Source: Candidatus Acidiferrales bacterium
GTDB lineage: Bacteria; Chloroflexota; Dormibacteria; Aeolococcales; Bog-877
DNA length: 64,000 nt
Assembly (NCBI GenBank): GCA_035533655.1
Contig: DATLTJ010000031.1
Coordinates: 2,490-66,489 of the forward strand
Reading direction: 5' to 3'
Positions 59,492-64,000 of the stretch are shown here, piece after piece. Below the pieces are notes generated by a model. That model saw only the letters and a program-made list of their open reading frames with translations. It had not been told where the DNA came from and searched no databases. Positions within the stretch are counted from its first letter, which is position 1, and every line of letters starts with the position of its first letter. Made by a program: the position numbers and the translations under genes.

Positions 59492-61213
59492 TCAACCGCC
59501 GACAAAGCTGGGGGGCCCAGCATCCAAAGCGGGCTTGCTGGAGAAACCGGTCAGGGTCTCCACCCCGGTGCCGTCGTCGTTGGCGAGGTAGACCTGAACC
59601 CGCCCGTCGACGCTGAGGGTGAAGACGACCTGACGCCCGGTCGAGGTTGCGGCGGCGGCCTGGGGGTAGTGCCCGTCCTTCCCGCCGATGATCACGGTGG
59701 AGGTCCCGGTCGTGGTCGAGATGGTGGCCAGGGCGCCGGACGGCTCCCGGACCAGGATCGTGTCGAGGTCGAGGAAGGCCAGCGGCTGGCCGGCGGCGGC
59801 CGCCACCTGGGTGAGCGGCGCGCCGGTATCCAGGGGACGGTAGATCCAGAGGGCAGGATCGGTGCTGCTCCCGACGGCGAAGGCCAGGCTGCTGCCGCTG
59901 GGACTCCAGACCGGGTCCCCCTCGGCGGCGACCACCGCCGTGGAGGTCGGCAGGAAGGTGATCGCCTTGAGTCCGGGGCTGAGCAGCGCCACCCGGGTGG
60001 GATCGCCAGCCGGAGCCGCCACGGCGGCCACGACCTGGCCGTCCGGCCGCCAGGTGAGGGGACCGTGCATGCTGGGCGAGATGGCGAGGGTGAGCGAGGT
60101 TGCAGCGGAGACGCTGTAGGCCCGGAGGGCCCCGCCCACCACGAAGGCCAGCTGCTGTCCGTTCGGGCTCCAGGCCGCCCCGTCGCTGCCGACGCTGCCG
60201 AGCACGGTGCTGCTCTTGCCCGTGCTGAGATCGATCACCTGGATCGGCTGGTCCCCCACCAATTCGACCGCCAGTCGCGCCCCGTCGGGGGAGGGCCAGG
60301 TATAGAGGTAGTGCTGGCCAGCCGGCGCGGTGGCGAGTACCCGCAGCGCCGGCGGGTCACCGGCTAGCTGGGGGGGGGAGGCGGCGAGCACCTCGGAGTA
60401 ATCGCTCGGCGAGGGTCCGGCCGGGAAGACCACGGTCGTGGTGCTGCCCAGACTACCGACGGTGAAGTGGAGCGTGGCGGCCTTCTGCAGACGGTCGCCC
60501 TCGACATCCAACGCGGAGCTGGCGATCGCCAGGGTGTAGGTCGCCCCGGGGACCAGCGCTACATTCGGCTCCAGCAGGTACCGCCCGGGAACCGTCGAGC
60601 TCCGGGCCAGCCGGTAGCCGGCGCTGGGCGCGGGCGTAAGGGTGATCGCATTTCTGACCGACGCGGGATTCATGTCCCGGCTGAAGTTGATGGAGAGCGC
60701 CTGGTCCGGTCCCACGGTGCCCCCGTTGGAGGGAGAGGTAGAGGAGACCTGCGGGCCGCCCTCGGTGGAGAACTCCCAGGAATGCGAGAGGGGGTTGACC
60801 GCACCGTTGGCCGCCTCGATCCCGCCCAGCAGCGAAATCCGGTAGGTGGTGATGGTCCTCCAGGGATGGTGCGGGTGGACCAGGGTCATGACCAGCGGGC
60901 TCCTCCAGACAAAGTGACAACCGGTCTTGCGGTGGGCGGCGGCCTTGGCGATCGAGCAGTCCGGAGGGAAGCGGTTCTTGCGAGTCCGCATGTACAGGCG
61001 ATGCTCGACCGACAGTCGGTTCATTGGGGTGCTGAACGTGATCACCAGGGCATCGTTGGTGTGGACCGCCCCCTGACTCGGCGCCGGCGACACGTTGGTG
61101 AGCTGCGGCGGGTTGAGCGGTCCACAACCGGCTAGGCTGGAGGTGAGCAGCAGGGCGAGGAGCGGGCTGGAGAAGAGGAAGAGCCACCTGGGACCGCGGG
61201 CTCCCGCCAACAT
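59492..61213 (-). CDS. Secreted lipoprotein with Ig-like (SbsA/Big) domains and a TolB-like beta-propeller.
   Basis: Lipobox LTSSLAGC|GP. Repeated SPxPxx Ig-like segments, then WSPDG/WSPNG/WSPSG propeller repeats. Confidence 0.6.
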   Translation of the reverse strand: MLAGARGPRWLFLFSSPLLALLLTSSLAGCGPLNPPQLTNVSPAPSQGAVHTNDALVITFSTPMNRLSVEHRLYMRTRKNRFPPDCSIAKAAAHRKTGCHFVWRSPLVMTLVHPHHPWRTITTYRISLLGGIEAANGAVNPLSHSWEFSTEGGPQVSSTSPSNGGTVGPDQALSINFSRDMNPASVRNAITLTPAPSAGYRLARSSTVPGRYLLEPNVALVPGATYTLAIASSALDVEGDRLQKAATLHFTVGSLGSTTTVVFPAGPSPSDYSEVLAASPPQLAGDPPALRVLATAPAGQHYLYTWPSPDGARLAVELVGDQPIQVIDLSTGKSSTVLGSVGSDGAAWSPNGQQLAFVVGGALRAYSVSAATSLTLAISPSMHGPLTWRPDGQVVAAVAAPAGDPTRVALLSPGLKAITFLPTSTAVVAAEGDPVWSPSGSSLAFAVGSSTDPALWIYRPLDTGAPLTQVAAAAGQPLAFLDLDTILVREPSGALATISTTTGTSTVIIGGKDGHYPQAAAATSTGRQVVFTLSVDGRVQVYLANDDGTGVETLTGFSSKPALDAGPPSFVGG

Positions 61214-61224
61214 CCTCCGAAGGG

Positions 61225-62601
61225 TCAGGCGATCTCCGCGAGCTCGATCGCCGGGAGGGGCCCGGGAGGAGCGGCGATGACGTCGATCCGCGCCTCCCGC
61301 TCCGAATGAGCCGCCGCCGCCACTCCCGGGCCTTCGGTGAGCTCCGGGTTGAGGGAGCTGTAGCTGCCCTTGGCCTGGCCCTCGGTCAGCAATACGACCG
61401 ACACCTGATCCTGACCGGAGGTGACCAGGATCCCGCCGGTGAACGGTTGCTCATCGACGAATTCAATGAGGGCGTCGAAGTCGACGATCCGAGACGGCAG
61501 CTGAAGGTACAGGGTATTGGCGACCACCAGGCCGCCGACCGACTCGACCAGGCTGGCTGGAAGCTCGATGGCGTCGATCAGCCCCTCCCCAGAACGGACG
61601 CCCCGTACCACCTCCTGCAGCGCCGCCTTGTGTCGGCGGTAGGAACCGGCCGACCGGTGCTGAGCTTGGATGACTGCCCCTTCCCGGAAGAGAATGTGCC
61701 CGACGTTCCGGGAGTCCGTCTCCCCGGTGATGCTGACGTAGCCGGAGAAGCCGTCCTGCGCCAGGGTCTGGAGCAACATGGGGAAATTCAGGAAGCTCGC
61801 CTTGAGGCCGCTGTGCAGCGACGAGCCGGCCGGCATCGGGATCACCAGGGAGAGCTGGCTCTTGGTCGCTCCCGCCACCGGCCTGGCACCGGGGCTCGCC
61901 GGCTCGCCCGAACTGGCGGGTGGGGTCGGCGGTCGGCTAGTCGCGGCGGGACGGCTGGCGGTGGCCAGCCGGGCCTTCTCGCTGGTGGCCGACCGACTGG
62001 ATGGCCAGGTGGGGGATGCCGCCGCCGGGCGGGGAGTCGGACCTGGGGCCGCCGCCACCGGTGCCAGCTGGGGCGCGGCGAATGCCCGCTCCAAGGCCGG
62101 CACCGGCGGAGCGGGCGTCTGAAAGGTCGGGATATCGGCCGGCGCGCCGACCTCGGCCGCGATCTCGCCAGTGGCGACCGTATCCAGCCAGTCCTCGTCG
62201 TCGGTGTCGAGTTCATCCGCCGTGTCTCCACCGGCGGCGGGGGTGGTCGCGGCGGCCACCGTGACGGTCACTTCCGCGGCCGAGATCGCCGGGTGGCTCT
62301 CCCGACCAGCGCGCCAGAGGGCCACGAGGTCCTCGGTGGAGCTGTTGATGGTCTCCTCCGGAGGCAGCTTGGCCCGCGGATTGAAGCTGTACTCGCCGTC
62401 CCGCCAGCTCAGGGCGTCGACCACCGCTGGCTCACCTTCAGCTTCACCCCCCACCGCGTGGAAGAGGTGCCCGAACAGAAAGTGGAGCGAGCACTGGCTG
62501 CCGTTGCTGGCGAGCGAGAGCGTGCCGGTCGCCCGTTCCTGCTGCATGGTCTGAAGCAATTCTGCGACGGTGGTCGGCCCCAGGCTTCCCTGATTTTGCA
62601 T
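61225..62601 (-). CDS. DUF4388-domain protein with a Pro/Ala-rich linker.
   Basis: N-terminal GSLGPTTVAELLQTMQQERATGTLSL...CSLHFLFGHLFHA (DUF4388-like). ATG at 62601 chosen; the track ORF extends to 62682. Confidence 0.5.
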   Translation of the reverse strand: MQNQGSLGPTTVAELLQTMQQERATGTLSLASNGSQCSLHFLFGHLFHAVGGEAEGEPAVVDALSWRDGEYSFNPRAKLPPEETINSSTEDLVALWRAGRESHPAISAAEVTVTVAAATTPAAGGDTADELDTDDEDWLDTVATGEIAAEVGAPADIPTFQTPAPPVPALERAFAAPQLAPVAAAPGPTPRPAAASPTWPSSRSATSEKARLATASRPAATSRPPTPPASSGEPASPGARPVAGATKSQLSLVIPMPAGSSLHSGLKASFLNFPMLLQTLAQDGFSGYVSITGETDSRNVGHILFREGAVIQAQHRSAGSYRRHKAALQEVVRGVRSGEGLIDAIELPASLVESVGGLVVANTLYLQLPSRIVDFDALIEFVDEQPFTGGILVTSGQDQVSVVLLTEGQAKGSYSSLNPELTEGPGVAAAAHSEREARIDVIAAPPGPLPAIELAEIA

Positions 62602-62750
62602 TCTGCCGAGTAGCTCCAATAGGGCAACCCGAAGTGCTTTCGGGCCCGCCCTCCCCACTTGCGGTCGGCGCGATACTAGCACAGGCCAGCTTCAGAATTG
62701 GGAGGAAGAACGGTGGTTCTCGGCCAGCCGTCTGCCAGAATGCCCCGGTG

Positions 62751-63758
62751 ATGGCGCCGGCAGGGTCGCAGTCGGCGGCGGAGTGGGATGGCCGGCTTCG
62801 GGAGTGGCCCCAAGCCAACCTGCTGCAATCCTACGCCTGGGGAGAAGTGCAGAACCGGGCCGGTTGGGTCACCGAGCGCCTGGAGGTCCCGACAGCCTCC
62901 GGCCCGCTGCCGGTGTCCGCCCAGGTGACCGCCAGCGGGCTGCCAGGGTTTTCCCGAATCTATGTGCCCAGGGGACCGGTCTGCCCCGCCTCGGATCTGG
63001 CCAGCTTTCAGGCAGTGTTGGGGGCCCTGGTCGACCTGGGCCGGCAACACCGCGCCCTGGCCCTGGAGGTGGAGGCGCCCTGGGCCGAAGGAGAGGTTCC
63101 CGAGAGCCATCCCTGGCTCAGCTGGGCGCCGACCCACGCGCGCCAGCCGCTGGCGACCGTCGCGGTCAACCTCCGGCCGGCGCCGGAGGCAATCATCGCC
63201 AGCTTCCATGCGAAGGCCCGCTACAACGTGAGGCTGGCCGAACGCCGGGGGGTGGTGGTCAACGAGGAGGCGACCGTCGCTGAGCTGACCGCCTGCATGG
63301 AGGCGACCGAGGAGCGCCAGCGGATCCACCTCCCCAGCGCCGCGCATCTGAAGGTGGTTATGGAGCAGCTCGGGAGCAGTGCCCGTATCTTGGCCGCCCA
63401 GGTCGAGGGGGAGGTCGTGGCAGCGATCCTCATCGCCTCCTTCGCCGGCGAGGCCAGCTACCTCTATGGAGGCGCGACCGGACGACATCGGGACCGGATG
63501 CCGAACCAGCTCCTCCATTGGCGGGCGATGTTGCGGGCCCGCGAAGAGGGATGCCACCACTACGATCTGTGGGGAATTCCTGAGAACGAGGATCCCCACC
63601 ATCCCTGGCGAGGGCTGGCGCAGTTCAAACTCGGCTTCGGCGGCGAGCAGCTCCGCTTCGCAGGGGCTAGATTCCTGCGGCTTCGCCCAGCTGGCGCCAC
63701 CATCCTGGCGGTCGCCGACGCGGCCCGCCGCAAGGTGAGGACTCGAGGGAGGAGATGA
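62751..63758 (+). CDS. FemAB-family peptidyltransferase, second copy.
   Basis: YLYGGATGRHRDRMPNQLLHWRAMLRAREEGCHHYDLWGIPE...GLAQFKLGFGG. ATG at 62751. Confidence 0.7.
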   Translation: MAPAGSQSAAEWDGRLREWPQANLLQSYAWGEVQNRAGWVTERLEVPTASGPLPVSAQVTASGLPGFSRIYVPRGPVCPASDLASFQAVLGALVDLGRQHRALALEVEAPWAEGEVPESHPWLSWAPTHARQPLATVAVNLRPAPEAIIASFHAKARYNVRLAERRGVVVNEEATVAELTACMEATEERQRIHLPSAAHLKVVMEQLGSSARILAAQVEGEVVAAILIASFAGEASYLYGGATGRHRDRMPNQLLHWRAMLRAREEGCHHYDLWGIPENEDPHHPWRGLAQFKLGFGGEQLRFAGARFLRLRPAGATILAVADAARRKVRTRGRR

Positions 63759-64000
63759 AGAGAGACGGCTCCGGAGGTGCCCGCGAGGCCGGCGAGACCT
63801 ACTTCCCCACCTATGAGGAACTGGCCGCCGAGCTGCTGGACGGGCTGGAGCGAGCTTCTCTGGTGGTCCACGACGTCGGCCACGAGCTCGAGCCCAGCAG
63901 CGGCGAGCGCACCTTTCACGCCTCGGTGAGGCTCCCGGCCAGTGAGCCACCTCACCGGTACGCCGCCTCCCTGCACTTCCACTGGGACGCGCTGCTCACC
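63755..64000 (+). CDS. Hypothetical protein, 3'-partial at the window end.
   Basis: ATG overlaps the FemAB stop (ATGA); acidic N-terminus. Confidence 0.35.
   Translation, partial: MKRDGSGGAREAGETYFPTYEELAAELLDGLERASLVVHDVGHELEPSSGERTFHASVRLPASEPPHRYAASLHFHWDALLT

Overview
This 64 kb window is very GC-rich (about 70%) and almost entirely coding. It carries the chromosomal replication-origin neighbourhood of what is most likely an actinobacterium: a MshA-type mycothiol glycosyltransferase, a DUF721/DciA gene after recF, a ceoB/ceoC-like TrkA pair, a DUF5679-like mini zinc-ribbon protein, and Arg-rich C-terminal tails on several proteins. Recognisable genes, in order along the window:
- minus strand, 1.4-12.1 kb, tightly packed: bcp, a GAF/PucR regulator, moaC, a membrane protein, a Zn-ribbon NUDIX, dinB, proS, a HAD hydrolase, a hypothetical protein, and a MacB-like ABC ATPase plus FtsX permease
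- plus and minus strand, 12.3-18 kb: an MBL-fold hydrolase, a 49-aa zinc ribbon, an M20 peptidase, the TrkA pair, a USP and a DedA protein
- minus strand, 18.2-23.8 kb: gyrA, plsX and gyrB packed as one unit
- plus strand, 24.1-28.4 kb: a large Upf1-like SF1 helicase, hbd and a methyltransferase
- minus strand, 28.5-36.7 kb: an esterase, pcm, a lipoprotein, pyrE, gcvPB/PA/H/T and an acidic hypothetical protein
- plus strand, 36.8-42.5 kb, with two minus-strand genes in between: zwf, an SH3-like hypothetical (minus), a FemAB-family protein (minus), NfeD, an SPFH protein and an S51 peptidase
- plus strand, 42.5-45 kb: parS, parA, parB and lepB
- minus strand, 45-50 kb: ndk, an M16 peptidase, a lipoprotein, jag, yidC, yidD, rnpA and rpmH
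- plus strand, 50.6-54.9 kb: dnaA, dnaN, recF and DciA/DUF721
- 54.8-64 kb: a GT28-like glycosyltransferase (minus), a CelD-like GNAT acyltransferase coupled to mshA, a membrane protein (minus), a beta-propeller lipoprotein (minus), a DUF4388 protein (minus), a second FemAB gene and a 3'-partial hypothetical

I found no CRISPR array, no obvious mobile element and no rRNA or tRNA gene. The most notable observations are:
- three decayed genes: an Icd-type isocitrate dehydrogenase with several frameshifts and nonsense codons, an M18 aminopeptidase remnant, and a methyltransferase broken at poly-C runs
- several conserved genes whose expected N-termini lack ATG/GTG/TTG, where CTG or ATC/ATT sit exactly at the conserved start, twice in a CTGA start/stop overlap
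- plsX wedged inside gyrB-gyrA
- gyrBA displaced from dnaA-dnaN-recF-dciA, and parAB inverted relative to yidC-jag
- a perfect parS consensus, and DnaA boxes in the dnaA-dnaN spacer
- a helicase with an N-terminal Zn-ribbon domain and a poly-Arg tail

Many long ORFs in the supplied track are antisense artefacts of the high GC content. All calls were made by eye from the translations, without database searches.
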